Source: an uncultured candidate division Zixibacteria bacterium
GTDB taxonomy: Bacteria > Zixibacteria > MSB-5A5 > UBA10806
Direction of reading: 5' to 3'
NCBI GenBank assembly: GCA_963801605.1
Contig: CAWDFP010000006.1
Coordinates: 352,001-416,000, forward strand
DNA: 64,000 bases
Position 1 is the first letter of the stretch. Every line of letters starts with the position of its first letter. This document shows positions 43,895 to 54,885 of the stretch, piece after piece. The translations under genes and the position numbers were made by a program. The notes under the pieces were generated by a model. That model saw only the letters and a program-made list of their open reading frames with translations. It was not told the origin of the DNA and ran no database searches.

Positions 43895-45616
43895 ATGAAA
43901 CGTTTCGAAATGCGCGTCGATCCCCTCACGAACGAGATTTATTATGACGTTCATCTGACCGGACGCGCTCTTTTACAGGACCCCTTGCTTAATAAAGGTC
44001 ACGCCTTCCCGCATGATGAGCGCATGGAGTTCAATCTAATCGGCCTATTACCCGATTCGGTAGGATCATTTGAGGATCAAATCACTCGCGACTATGACAT
44101 CTTCAAATCAAATGCTACTGATTTGGATCGCTATGTCAACCTGGCCGCCTTGCGCGATCGCAATGAGACCATTTATTTCGCACTTCTTGCCCGTCATATC
44201 GAAGAAATGCTTCCCATAGTATATACTCCCACCGTTGGCCTGGCATGTTTGAAGCTTTCCCATATTCTTCGCCGCTATCGAGGAGTATACATCTCACCTA
44301 ATACGGTCAATTTCACCGAGCAGATGCTTCAAAATATCGGGTTGCCGAATATCTCGCTAATTGTAGTTACCGATGGCGAGCGTATCCTGGGATATGGCGA
44401 TCTCGGAGCTGACGGAATGGGAATTCCAATTGGGAAAATTGCACTATATATTGCGGCTGCCGGTATTCATCCGGCCTCAACTCTGCCGGTTTGCATCGAT
44501 GTTGGGACTAACAATGAACAACTCTTAAACGATCCGCTATATTTGGGTATTAAGAAGCGCAGACTACGCGGCGATGCTTACCATGAAGTTATCGAGCGCT
44601 TCATTCAAGGAGTTAAGCGCGTATTCCCCAGAGCTCTTTTACAATGGGAAGATTTCGGAAAAGAGCAAGCCTTTACACTCTTGGAACGCTATAAAAATCG
44701 CTTACCAAGTTTCAATGACGATATTCAGGGAACAGGCGCCGTGGCCGCTTCGGCACTACGGACAACATCCCGAATAAATGGCCGTCCCCTTTCACAAGAG
44801 CAAATCGTGATATACGGTTTCGGTCAGGCCGGAAGCGGAGTGGCCAATGCTATCGCTAATCAGATTTCCTCTGAAGAGGGGATTTCGATTGAGGAAGCCA
44901 GAAAACATATTTGGCCGGTCGATAAGGACGGGCTACTAATTGAGGGTATGAAACTGGAACCGTACCAGGTAAATTTCGCAAAGCCGCCAGATGCCATATG
45001 CGATTGGCCGGTTGATAAAACCGACTCTCCCGATTTGGCGGAAACAGTAAAATATTCCAAAGCTACGATCCTGATCGGTCTATCAGCCCAGGCGGGAGCA
45101 TTCAATAAAACACTCCTGGCAGAACTGGCCAGTCATTGTGCTCGCCCAGTGGTGTTAACACTTTCCAATCCAACATCGCGCTCTGAGGCCACTGCTGAAA
45201 CGGTAATGGAAGCCACGGGAGGAAAAGCCCTTATCGCCAGCGGCAGTCCGTTTCCGCCGGTTACTCGTCCCGATGGCAGCAAGATGCAGGTTTCCCAATG
45301 CAATAATCTTTATGTATTCCCGGGAATGGGACTGGGAGCCATTGTTTGTCAGGCAAGCCGAGTAACTCCTACTATGTTTGCCGCTGCCAGTCGGGCTATT
45401 TCGGAAATGGTTACTCAGTCGCAGATGAATGACGGTTATCTACTGCCACCTCTCACCGATGTACGCGATGTATCATATCATGTGGCGCTGGCAGTAGCCA
45501 AACAGGCTCGCGATGAAGGACTCGGCTTGATTGCATCCGATGAGAAACTTTCCGAGCTGGTTAAAAATGCCATGTGGATTCCTCGATACTATCCATATCG
45601 GAAAAGCAGAACGTAA
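43895..45616 (+). CDS. maeA: NAD-dependent malic enzyme (SfcA/MaeA type)
   Basis: PIVYTPTVG, VTDGERILG.GDLG, QWEDF, FNDDIQGTG, LSNPT, QCNN.YVFPG. Confidence 0.92.
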   Translation: MKRFEMRVDPLTNEIYYDVHLTGRALLQDPLLNKGHAFPHDERMEFNLIGLLPDSVGSFEDQITRDYDIFKSNATDLDRYVNLAALRDRNETIYFALLARHIEEMLPIVYTPTVGLACLKLSHILRRYRGVYISPNTVNFTEQMLQNIGLPNISLIVVTDGERILGYGDLGADGMGIPIGKIALYIAAAGIHPASTLPVCIDVGTNNEQLLNDPLYLGIKKRRLRGDAYHEVIERFIQGVKRVFPRALLQWEDFGKEQAFTLLERYKNRLPSFNDDIQGTGAVAASALRTTSRINGRPLSQEQIVIYGFGQAGSGVANAIANQISSEEGISIEEARKHIWPVDKDGLLIEGMKLEPYQVNFAKPPDAICDWPVDKTDSPDLAETVKYSKATILIGLSAQAGAFNKTLLAELASHCARPVVLTLSNPTSRSEATAETVMEATGGKALIASGSPFPPVTRPDGSKMQVSQCNNLYVFPGMGLGAIVCQASRVTPTMFAAASRAISEMVTQSQMNDGYLLPPLTDVRDVSYHVALAVAKQARDEGLGLIASDEKLSELVKNAMWIPRYYPYRKSRT

Positions 45617-45638
45617 AGGCTTTTCGTTAGTTAAATTT

Positions 45639-45677
45639 AATGGCGCCGACTCTTCTGTAAGTCGGCGCCATTTTTTT
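45639..45677 (+). terminator. Intrinsic terminator
   Basis: AATGGCGCCGAC/GTCGGCGCCATT plus a T-run. Confidence 0.85.
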
Positions 45678-45724
45678 AAGGTCGAGATAATTCCGGAATT
45701 ACCCCGACCTCAGATAATCGGATT

Positions 45725-46109
45725 CTAACGAAGATTTGGCTGGCAGTCCGGGCAGGAATTAAGCAATGCTCCGCCCGCATAGAATGGAGCGGGTTCGGGG
45801 CACGTAGCACAACGGACAGCGGAGCGCCGCCCTTCCAATAGTTTACAAGAAATACAAGATCAATTCCATTGAAACTGCAATTGCCGTTAACATCACATGC
45901 GGGATTAACTCCGCATGAGCACCCCGGGATCGTCGGGATAGCAGATCCACCCTTAAAATAGTTTATGGCGTAAACCAGGTCAGCGAATGGGCTGGCATCG
46001 CCATTATAATTGATGTCCCCCGAAATGTAGACGCAATCCTGTGCTAATGCACCCGTGGTCAGGCCTAACAAACGCCCAGAATAATCAAACCGATACCGAT
46101 CGCCTTCAT
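45725..46109 (-). CDS. Small secreted dockerin-like-domain-only protein (indels ~46070 and ~45815)
   Basis: AGGAGG RBS, MKAIGIGLIILG signal, CVYISGDINYNG..DLVYAINYFKGG..CSC..DVNGNCSFNGIDLV..YWKGG; rejoined tail RCATCPE..CPDCQPNLR*. Confidence 0.7.
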
Positions 46110-46419
46110 TCTTGCCTCCTGAAAAAGAGGATTAAACTGACAACTAAGATTATTACTGCGTTACAAATGCGATTAAGATGCAATCTTAATAATGTATTAA
46201 GAGTCTCTGTTTGCCAAGATAAATTCCCAATATTAATTAACACACGCCCCGGAACCCGGCCTCATTAATAGTTGTTATAATTATTACTATTAGAGACAGA
46301 GAGGTCAACAACGGCCATAAACAAATATCGTTCTTTAAGATAACACAATTCTATGATCTAAACTCAAGCGCGGCTTTCATGACGGCGCGCTATCAATCTG
46401 AAGGGATGGTGAACCATCA

Positions 46420-48390
46420 ATGTTAGAGGATTTAAAGATAGATACGGCTCTGGAAACTGTTCTTAACGAGGCACGCGAATTCCGTCCGCCGGAGGATTTC
46501 CAGAAAGATGCCCTGATCGGATCGAAAGAGGAATATTTATCGCTTTATCATGAAAGTCTTAATCAACCGGAGAAATTTTGGGCCAGGATGGCGGAGGAGC
46601 TATTCTGGTTTAAGAAATGGGATAAGGTTTTAAACGAGGATGAAGCTCCCTTTTATAAATGGTTCGAGAACGGGAAAACTAATATTAGCTATAACTGCCT
46701 CGACCGTCATCTTACATCGGATAAACGCAACAAGGCCGCTATTATATGGGAAGGCGAACCCGGAGACCAACGCGTCTTAACCTATTGGGATCTGGCCCGC
46801 GAAGTCAAAAAGTTTGCTCGCGCCTTAATATCGCTTGGTGTAAAAAAGGGCGATCGGGTGGCAATTTATCTTCCAATGATTCCTGAGCTTGTTATAAGTA
46901 TGCTGGCTTGCGCCAGGATCGGCGCGATCCATACGGTGATTTTTGCAGGATTCAGTGCCGAATCGATCCGCGACCGAGTCATTGATAGCCAGGCCAGATT
47001 AGTTATCACTGCCGACGGGTCATGGCGGCGCGGCAATGTCCTACCGTTAAAAAGTATGGTCGATGAGGCGATTGAAGGCCTGGAATTTGTAAAGGATGTT
47101 ATCATTGTCCAACGTAATATCGGAACAAGCTTTCCTCTTCATATACACGAGGGTCGTGACAGATGGTATCATCGTCTCATGGAAAACGCTTCGGCCGATT
47201 GCCCGGCGGCGGAACTGGATGCCGAGGACATGTTATTCCTCCTTTATACCAGCGGAACCACGGGCAAACCCAAAGGGATAATTCATACCACGGGCGGCTA
47301 CATGGTTTATACTTATGTGACATCAAAATACGTCTTCAATCTTAAGCCCGAAGATGTTTTCTGGTGCACCGCCGATATCGGCTGGGTAACCGGGCACAGC
47401 TATGTAGTCTATGGACCCCTGGCTAATGGCGCCACAGTGCTTATGTACGAAGGCGCTCCCGATTGGCCGGATCGAGGCCGGATGTGGGAGATGATCGAAC
47501 GTTACGGAGTTACTAAATTTTACACGGCGCCAACCGCTATCAGGGCATTCATGAGATGGCGCAGCAAGTGGCCGAAAAAGTATGATCTCTCATCGTTAAA
47601 ACTTCTGGGCACTGTCGGCGAGCCGATCAATCCTGAAGCCTGGATTTGGTACCATAAGACTATCGGAGGGGAACGTTGCCCTATAGTCGATACCTGGTGG
47701 CAGACCGAAACCGGTGGTATCATGATAACGCCTTTGCCGGGAGTTACCACTACCAAACCCGGCAGCGCTACTTTGCCGTTTTTCGGAGTTGACGCCGCGG
47801 TATTAACCGAAGATGGTCATGAAACCGATGCGGGCTATCTTGCGATTAAACGTCCCTGGCCCGGAATGCTTCGTGGAATTTATGGCGATCCCGAACGTTA
47901 TAAAAACACCTACTGGTCAAAATGGCCCGGCATTTATTTCCCGGGCGATGGAGCCAAAAAAGATAAGGACGGTTATTTCTGGATTCTTGGGCGTGTCGAT
48001 GATGTGGTCAATGTTGCGGGACATCGGATAGGAACAGCCGAGCTGGAGAGCGTCTTCGTAGAGCATCCCGCAGTAGCAGAATCGGCGGTAATCGGGGTTA
48101 GCCATAGTCTTAAAGGACAGGCGATGGTAGCGTTCATTAATTTAAGAGACGGTTACGCGGCCGACCGCGAACTTGAGGATGAGCTTACCAAGTGGATTGG
48201 TAAAAAAATCGGCAAGTTCGCCCAACCGGAGCGAATTATCTTTTCAGCAGATTTACCCAAAACCCGAAGCGGCAAAATCATGCGTCGACTGCTGCGCGAT
48301 ATTGCCGAGGGTAATGTACTTGGCAATGTAACAACCTTAGCCGACCCAACTGTAGTAGAGGCGTTGAAAGATAAGTACGACGAAAGCTGA
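46420..48390 (+). CDS. acs: Acetyl-CoA synthetase
   Basis: [51 protein letters not shown]. Confidence 0.96.
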   Translation: MLEDLKIDTALETVLNEAREFRPPEDFQKDALIGSKEEYLSLYHESLNQPEKFWARMAEELFWFKKWDKVLNEDEAPFYKWFENGKTNISYNCLDRHLTSDKRNKAAIIWEGEPGDQRVLTYWDLAREVKKFARALISLGVKKGDRVAIYLPMIPELVISMLACARIGAIHTVIFAGFSAESIRDRVIDSQARLVITADGSWRRGNVLPLKSMVDEAIEGLEFVKDVIIVQRNIGTSFPLHIHEGRDRWYHRLMENASADCPAAELDAEDMLFLLYTSGTTGKPKGIIHTTGGYMVYTYVTSKYVFNLKPEDVFWCTADIGWVTGHSYVVYGPLANGATVLMYEGAPDWPDRGRMWEMIERYGVTKFYTAPTAIRAFMRWRSKWPKKYDLSSLKLLGTVGEPINPEAWIWYHKTIGGERCPIVDTWWQTETGGIMITPLPGVTTTKPGSATLPFFGVDAAVLTEDGHETDAGYLAIKRPWPGMLRGIYGDPERYKNTYWSKWPGIYFPGDGAKKDKDGYFWILGRVDDVVNVAGHRIGTAELESVFVEHPAVAESAVIGVSHSLKGQAMVAFINLRDGYAADRELEDELTKWIGKKIGKFAQPERIIFSADLPKTRSGKIMRRLLRDIAEGNVLGNVTTLADPTVVEALKDKYDES

Positions 48391-48442
48391 GGAGTTAAAA
48401 TCAAAATGGCGCCGGTTTGAAATCCATGCGCCATTTTTATTT

Positions 48443-51004
48443 TTACGGGCAATCGGGACAAACTTGCGGCGGTGAGCCGAAACCTTTGAAAAAGATAACG
48501 CCGTAGGTGATATCGAGGCCGTTGAAAACGCAATCCCCGTTAGCATCCGCAGCCGCACGAACCCAACCGCGTGTCCCGCAGTCACAGGAATCAGGTGGAA
48601 TCTCTCCGATCCCCTTGAGATAGTTTACTCCAAAAACGATATCGACTCCATTATATTGACGGGAGCCATTGGCATCACCGGGAGTGATGTTACACGGCGG
48701 GCCTTCAAGCTGATTGAGATCGTAAGTGTACATAGAACGCCCATGTGTTCCCGAAACCAGTTTCCTGGTGCCATTGTGCAAATCGATATCGAAGACCGGG
48801 CAAATAGGATGATTATCTCCCAGAACACGCCAGAGCTCACCGCCATTCTGAGTATAATATACTCCGAAATCGGTGCCGACATATAGCCGTCCGGGATGCG
48901 CCGGATCGGGGAGTACATCGTTAATGGGAATTCCCGCCAGGTTTCCGCTGATATCGCTCCAGTTTACACCTCGGTTTGTGGTTTTAAATATATGAGGCAT
49001 GAGATCGCCTTCGTGGTAACCGGAAAATGTTACATAAGCGGTTGACGAATCAAAAACATCGGCGGTCACCCGCGTGCACCAGCGATCAGGCAAAGCGCTG
49101 GAGACATTGGACCAGTTAGCGCCGCCATTTCTGGTAATCCAAACTCTGGAATCATCAGTACCAACCCATATAATATTAGGCGAAAGCGGCGATTGACTGA
49201 TAGTGGTTATTGTCCCGAAGACGAGATTTCCTCCACCGGGCCCACCAGTTAAATCGAGGCTGACATGATTCCACATCCCGCCGCCGTTCACAGTTTTATA
49301 TAACCGTTGTGCCCCGTAAAAAAGAATCTGGCTATTGAATGGGCTCATCACAACGGGCGTACACCAGTTGACTCGCTCAGTGCCATCGATACCATCGAGG
49401 ATTATATTCCAGGAGCCGCCCAGATTTGTCGATTTAGCCAGATAGCCGTACTGCGATTCGGAATAAACGATATTGGAATTGGTAAAATCGATTGCCGCGT
49501 AGAAACCATCGCCGCCAAATATTACATCCCAATTATCGGGAGCGCCGGTTAGGGTGCGGGGCGTACTGTTATCCTGAGTACCCCCGTATAGACGCTGAGG
49601 GGTATGTGAATCTATGGTTATTGCATAAAACTGGGTTATAGGCAGATCGTAGCATTTAGTCCAAAGCGAACCGCCATCGAGCGATTTGAAGATACCGCCA
49701 TCGTTTCCGCAAAAAACCAGGTTAGGGTTTGCAGGGTCTTGCACCCAGGCGTGTTGATCGACATGCATTATACCGGTAATGTCGCTCCAATGCGCCGCGC
49801 CATCAGTACTCTTCCACATATATACGTCACCGAAATAAACCTGATCGGCATTTGTTGGATTAACCCAGATTCGTCCAAAATACCAACCGAATCCGGAAAA
49901 GGATCCTGCCGATGGCGAGACCAGCCTCGATGTCCAGGTTGTACCGCCATTCGTCGTTCGCCAGAAGCCGATCAAATTGCCGGGATTATCACTATAGCTG
50001 GCGTAAACAATGTTGGGATTACCCGGAGCAATTGCCAACCCGATACGACCGATATCTGGCGCCGATCCGGGCAAGCCGCTGGTCAGCTGATTCCAGGTAT
50101 CACCGCCATCGGTTGATTTCCAGATGCCGCTGGTTAGGCCGCCGACTCTGCGGTAGATCGGGCTCCTGATTCGCTCCCACATTGCGGCATAAACTATGTT
50201 TGGATTAGTGGGATTAATAGCTACATCGATTCCCGATGTTGAATCGCTGACAAACAAGACTCGTTCCCAGGTAGCGCCGGCATCAGTTGTGCGGTAGATA
50301 CCGCGCTCCGGGTTTGTTCCGAAAAGGGTACCTGTAGCCGCTACGAATATCCGGTTGGAGTTAGTGCGGTCGATAGCAATTCGGCCGATATGACGCGATT
50401 CAGGCAGGCCCAGGAACTCCCAGGTAGTTCCGGCATCCGTGGTGCGGTAAACACCGGTCCCCTCATATGAATCGCCGCTGGAATTAGCTTCGCCCGTTCC
50501 GAAATAGAGTTTGTTGGGATCGTTGGGATCGAGCGCTATATCTCCCACAGAAAGGCTGGGGACAGCGTCAGAGATTGGCAGCCAGGTGAGGCCGCTATTG
50601 GTTGATTTGAAAACTCCGCCCAGCGCGGCGCCTCCATAAACGATATCCGGGTTAGTTGGATCTAACGCCATCGCTGTAACTCGTCCGCCGACGTTCGTTG
50701 GCCCGGACATGGTCCAGGTGCCAACAGCCAGGCTGGCGGTTTGGTTGTGCAATTCTTTGGCTTTGGCAACTGCGCTTTTATAAGCCTCAAAGGGGATATT
50801 GCTATATGGGTAGGCGCGTGAGATGGTGAACCATTCTGATGGTTTGAAACTGGTGTCGCGTTTGTGACCGCTCTCTTTGGAGCGTTCAAACCTTTCTTCT
50901 TCTCCTCCGGCTCGTTCGAGTTTTTCCGGACGAGGAATCCAGAGATAGGCGAAAAGCGCTAAAGTCGCCAGGACGACTGCACCAATGACAATTCTTGTTT
51001 TCAT
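48443..51004 (-). CDS. Secreted BNR/VPS10-like beta-propeller protein with C-terminal dockerin-like domain
   Basis: Many S/T-x-D/N-G-G-x-x-W Asp-boxes, HVDQH, GGTQDN, GGDGF; terminal GDANG..NGVDI..CDC..DANGDCVFNGLD..CPDCP. Confidence 0.85.
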   Translation of the reverse strand: MKTRIVIGAVVLATLALFAYLWIPRPEKLERAGGEEERFERSKESGHKRDTSFKPSEWFTISRAYPYSNIPFEAYKSAVAKAKELHNQTASLAVGTWTMSGPTNVGGRVTAMALDPTNPDIVYGGAALGGVFKSTNSGLTWLPISDAVPSLSVGDIALDPNDPNKLYFGTGEANSSGDSYEGTGVYRTTDAGTTWEFLGLPESRHIGRIAIDRTNSNRIFVAATGTLFGTNPERGIYRTTDAGATWERVLFVSDSTSGIDVAINPTNPNIVYAAMWERIRSPIYRRVGGLTSGIWKSTDGGDTWNQLTSGLPGSAPDIGRIGLAIAPGNPNIVYASYSDNPGNLIGFWRTTNGGTTWTSRLVSPSAGSFSGFGWYFGRIWVNPTNADQVYFGDVYMWKSTDGAAHWSDITGIMHVDQHAWVQDPANPNLVFCGNDGGIFKSLDGGSLWTKCYDLPITQFYAITIDSHTPQRLYGGTQDNSTPRTLTGAPDNWDVIFGGDGFYAAIDFTNSNIVYSESQYGYLAKSTNLGGSWNIILDGIDGTERVNWCTPVVMSPFNSQILFYGAQRLYKTVNGGGMWNHVSLDLTGGPGGGNLVFGTITTISQSPLSPNIIWVGTDDSRVWITRNGGANWSNVSSALPDRWCTRVTADVFDSSTAYVTFSGYHEGDLMPHIFKTTNRGVNWSDISGNLAGIPINDVLPDPAHPGRLYVGTDFGVYYTQNGGELWRVLGDNHPICPVFDIDLHNGTRKLVSGTHGRSMYTYDLNQLEGPPCNITPGDANGSRQYNGVDIVFGVNYLKGIGEIPPDSCDCGTRGWVRAAADANGDCVFNGLDITYGVIFFKGFGSPPQVCPDCP

Positions 51005-51158
51005 CTTTGAATCTCCCGTAAAGGTCAGCCCACCATCAAGAATAGATAGCACCTGATTAGTAAATATATATCAAAAAAAGGGATGAACAAAGGAGATTCG
51101 TCAGTGCTGAGCGATGAGCGAAGAGGACCGGGTAGTTTTTCTTTCTTTTGCCCAGTCT

Positions 51159-51939
51159 TTAGTCCAGCGTTAGGTTTTCTTTGAGATTTCGAAGTACATA
51201 CGCCCAGGCTTTATCGAAATAGTCATAGAGGCTGTCCCACTCGGGGCCGATTCCCCAACCGAGTTGAGAAAGCGTCACGCGGACTTCGCGCTCATTTATT
51301 TCTGCAAATTGAATGATAACAATCGTGCGCTTATCTCGAAGTTCGCCGAATTCGGCGGGGCATTCCATTCGAAAGAAAGCATAGTCATGGGAAGGAAACT
51401 CAGAATACGGCAATCCTCGCTGCCCTGCTCGCCGTAAGGGCGGTCCATCAGAAATAGCACCTCGAATTTGCCGCCCAGCTTCGAAGTTCGATATTGGCAT
51501 GATCGGAAAAGAAGGATTTGATACCGTCGGTTGTGGTCCAGGCGTTCCAGACATCGAATAGTGCGGCGGTTACAACGGTTTCGGTACGGAGGATGCGATC
51601 TGACGGCTCTTTGACATAGCGCTCCGGATCGGGGATTTCGGCGATGAACGACGCGCGCATGGGCTGGAGTTCATAAGTCATCAGGCCGGACGTGACGGAG
51701 GGATCATTATTCATAATCTCTTCGGCATCCTCTTTTTTCTCGACGTTGAGAATGGCCAGCCCGAATACGGGATCGAAACATGGCCCCGCGACGAGGACCT
51801 TTTTCTGACGAACCAGCCTTTTCAGATACTCGGCATGTTCCGACATGAGCTTTTCCTCATCTGGAGTCATATCGTACGGCCACGTAGGCCGCGGGCCGAT
51901 TAGGCGGGCGAGGAAGTGGGGGAGGGACGGGGTGGGCAT
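51159..51939 (-). CDS. YciI domain fused to SRPBCC/AHSA1 domain (indels ~51480 and ~51355)
   Basis: H..YL...AGP...NDP.V YciI, then VWNAWTT..G..FF, GGKFEVLF, QGSEDCRILSF, SFEWNAP, LSQLGWG..W. Confidence 0.75.
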
Positions 51940-52612
51940 GGGTGTCTCCTTGTGTTGATGTTCCATACAAACAGCCATAATTTATATTTGGTTCTTTTGA
52001 AATGCTATACTATAATAAATTTAGATATGAAAGATGATATTTTGACTTATAGAGAACTTTGCGATAAAGAAAATGTTCAAACAATTCAGCGAGGTATGAA
52101 TTTTCGTATAAATAATAAATATTCAGTAATTTTAATGTCTCAAAGGGGAAACGCCCCGTATAAGGACAGGATTCTTGATGATGGATTTACGGTTGAATAT
52201 GAAGGACATGATACTCCAAAGACGGAATTAACTCCTGAACCTAAAACAATTGATCAACCCGAAAAGACGAAATCCGGTACCCTTACACAAAATGGGTTGT
52301 TTATCAAAGCCGCTCGGGAGCATAAATTAACAGGGAAATTTGAACTCGTTAGAATTTACGAAAAGATATTTAGCGGCGTATGGTCAGATAAAGGATTCTT
52401 TAAGTTGATTGACTATAAAATTATTAATGATGGAAAAAGAAACTTATATAGATTTTTGCTTGTAAGTATAAATCCAGAGGAAATTCCCAATTCAAATGAA
52501 CAAATATCTAAATACAATAGATCCAGAATAATACCCACCGAAATAAAAAAGGAAGTATGGGACAGGGATAAGGGCCGATGTGTAATATGTGGCGCAAAAG
52601 ACGAATTGCATT

Positions 52613-52627
52613 TTGATCACGACCTCC
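52613..52627 (+). repeat. 15-bp direct repeat, copy 1 (TTGATCACGACCTCC)
   Basis: Identical to 53169-53183. Confidence 0.95.
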
Positions 52628-53168
52628 ATATGCAAAACCGCCTATAATAAGTATATCAGCTAATAGTTCCCAATCAACGCCAACCTGCCCAATTAAAATT
52701 GGGGATGATGGCTGTGAAATATCAACTACTTGAAAGTAGCTGTGTAACCAATTTGTGCCGGTATAATAACTTGTAAGATAAGCGTAGTTGCCGCTTACAG
52801 TAACTCCTATGCACTTATGCGAATCTATTCTAGGAAAATTGCTTTCAAAATGCGGATTTGAAGAATCAGAAATATCAATTATTCTCAGCCCATAATCACC
52901 ATTAGCAAAATAAGCATAATTCCCCTGTATACAAAGAGATTTATTGCCGTATCCAAATCCATAAGAATTGGGTATCGGCAATAATGAAAGGCGGGAAGGA
53001 TTCAACGGATCGCTTAAGTTAAGAATTTGTAATCCTGAATCTGGGTCAATTGTATAAGCAAGATGACCAGAAATAATAATTTGCCTTACTCGCGTATCAT
53101 AGTGTCCCACTATGGCAGGATTCAGGGGAAGCCATTATGAGATAGAGCAAGAACTATTGGGGATTCAA
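52628..53168 (-). other. Inserted internal fragment of an LVIVD-repeat gene plus ~40 bp of unassigned sequence
   Basis: Minus strand reads PLNPAIVGHYD..GNYAYFANG.GLRIIDIS..IIGGFAY with no native start or stop. Confidence 0.8.
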
Positions 53169-53183
53169 TTGATCACGACCTCC
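53169..53183 (+). repeat. 15-bp direct repeat, copy 2
   Basis: Identical to 52613-52627. Confidence 0.95.
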
Positions 53184-53278
53184 CATACTCAAAAGGTGGA
53201 ACAAGTATATCTCCCGCCAATGTGCGAATACTATGCGCACGGCATAATTTGCAAAAATCCGATAAAATAGAATAAAAA

Positions 53279-53362
53279 CCGGGGTCCGCAGGGGACCCCG
53301 GCTACAAATCTGCAAGCCTCTTCGAGGCTTGATGTCAGGTACCCTGAGGCGTCTTGACCTAC
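53279..53362 (-). repeat. Two GTAG-type REP-like palindromes
   Basis: Minus strand GTAG-GTCAAGAC...GTACCTGAC (53362-53334) and GTAG-CCGGGGTCC...GGACCCCGG (53305-53279). Confidence 0.6.
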
Positions 53363-53373
53363 GAAAAACAAAT

Positions 53374-54798
53374 CTACGCATCATAATACAGTCGGAATTC
53401 CCAGGGGTGGGGGCGGACACGGATTTGATCGAGCTCGTTTTCCTTGATCGCCAGCCAGGTGTCAATCAATGCCTGCGGGAAGACATTATCCTTTTGCAAA
53501 AATGCGTAATCGGCCTTGAGGGCTTCGAGGGTCAGGGCCAGCGATTCCGGCAACAGCGGACGCTCATCGGCGTCGCTCCCGACAATCTTGGAAACATCCT
53601 GATTGTACGGTTCGCCGGGATCGATCTTGTTTTCGATACCATCGAGGCCGGCCATAAGCATGGCGGCAAAAGCGAAATAGATATTGGCGGTCCCGTCCGG
53701 CGGACGGAACTCCATGCGCATCACCGACGGGTCTTTGATATATCCGGGGATACGCACCGCGGCAGTGCGGTTGCCCACCGAATAGCTGATCCGCACCGGG
53801 GCCTCGAAACCGGGCACCAGGCGCTTGAAGGAGTTGGTCGACGGGTTGGTAAAGCCCAATAAAGCAGGCGCGTGTTTGAGCAGACCGCCGAGGTAATACC
53901 GTCCGATCTCGGAGAGGTTCAGCGGCTTGTTAGCATCGTAGAATATTGATTTGCCGTCGCGCGCCAGGAATTGATGCACGTGCAATCCCGAACCCGGCTC
54001 CATAAAGAGCGGCTTGGGCATGAAGCTGGCCGATTTGCCATACTGCCGGGCGCCATTCTTTATGAGATACTTGGCAAGCTGCGATTTGTCGGCCATAGCA
54101 AGCATCGGGCCGAGCGAGGTCTCGATCTCCTGCTGCGAAGCGCCGCCTACCTCATGGTGATGGTATTTGACATCGAGGCCGGCCTCTTTGAAGAGCTTGC
54201 AGATATAAGCGCGAATCTCGTAGGTTTTATCAAGCGGCGGAGCAGCGTGGTACCCCTCTTTATAACGGATATGATGGCCAAGATTCGACTCGTCGGTGTT
54301 GCCGGAACTCCACTCGGCCTCCTCGGAATTCAGGAAATAGAAACCGTGGCTGGGAGTTTGATCGTAGCGCACCTCGTCGAATAGATAGAATTCGAACTCC
54401 GGCCCCATGATGATATCGGTGCCGGGCAGAAGTTTCTGGAGACGTTTCATCGCCTTGGCGGCGGTGAAGCGCGGATCGCGGGGATGCGGCTCGGTGGGAT
54501 TAACCTCATTGATATTACCGATGACCGAAAGTACCGGCATCTCCCAAAAGGGATCGACGAAGCTAAAGGATGGATCGGGAAGAAGAATCATATCGCCGGC
54601 CTTGACCGAGAGGAAGCCGAGCGAGGAGCCGTCTAAGCCAATGCCATCTGTAAATGTTTTCTCGGTAAATCTTTCAGCGGGAAGAGTAATATGTCTCCAG
54701 GCGCCTTTGATATCGGTAAACTTGATATCGACAAACTCGAAGCCACCGTCTTTTACCTTTTTAAGCAACGCATCGATCATCGAAACACCATCCTTCAT
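53374..54798 (-). CDS. glnA: Glutamine synthetase type I
   Basis: DGSS, GPEFEF, HHHEV, FMPKP..GSGLHVH, KRLVPGFEAP, NRTAAVRIP, EFRPPD. Confidence 0.95.
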   Translation of the reverse strand: MKDGVSMIDALLKKVKDGGFEFVDIKFTDIKGAWRHITLPAERFTEKTFTDGIGLDGSSLGFLSVKAGDMILLPDPSFSFVDPFWEMPVLSVIGNINEVNPTEPHPRDPRFTAAKAMKRLQKLLPGTDIIMGPEFEFYLFDEVRYDQTPSHGFYFLNSEEAEWSSGNTDESNLGHHIRYKEGYHAAPPLDKTYEIRAYICKLFKEAGLDVKYHHHEVGGASQQEIETSLGPMLAMADKSQLAKYLIKNGARQYGKSASFMPKPLFMEPGSGLHVHQFLARDGKSIFYDANKPLNLSEIGRYYLGGLLKHAPALLGFTNPSTNSFKRLVPGFEAPVRISYSVGNRTAAVRIPGYIKDPSVMRMEFRPPDGTANIYFAFAAMLMAGLDGIENKIDPGEPYNQDVSKIVGSDADERPLLPESLALTLEALKADYAFLQKDNVFPQALIDTWLAIKENELDQIRVRPHPWEFRLYYDA

Positions 54799-54885
54799 AA
54801 TTTCACCGTGCCCCATAAGAAGATAAGCGGCTTGATGAGATTGGTCAATGTAAATTGGATAAGAGCTTTGGCAAATAACGGCTTA

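Larger units (their letters stand above)
52027..53275 (+). pseudogene. SRA-like + HNH endonuclease gene interrupted by a 541-bp insertion
   Basis: QRGMNF..SVILMS..PYKD..YEGHD N-domain and VWDRDKGRCVICG..LHFDHDL, resuming after the insert as PYSKGG..NVRILCARHNLQKS*. Confidence 0.8.

Noticed and set aside
52508..53110. 200-aa LVIVD protein as an independent gene
   Set aside because: No signal peptide or RBS; its tail is the antisense of the HNH gene, so it is an inserted internal fragment
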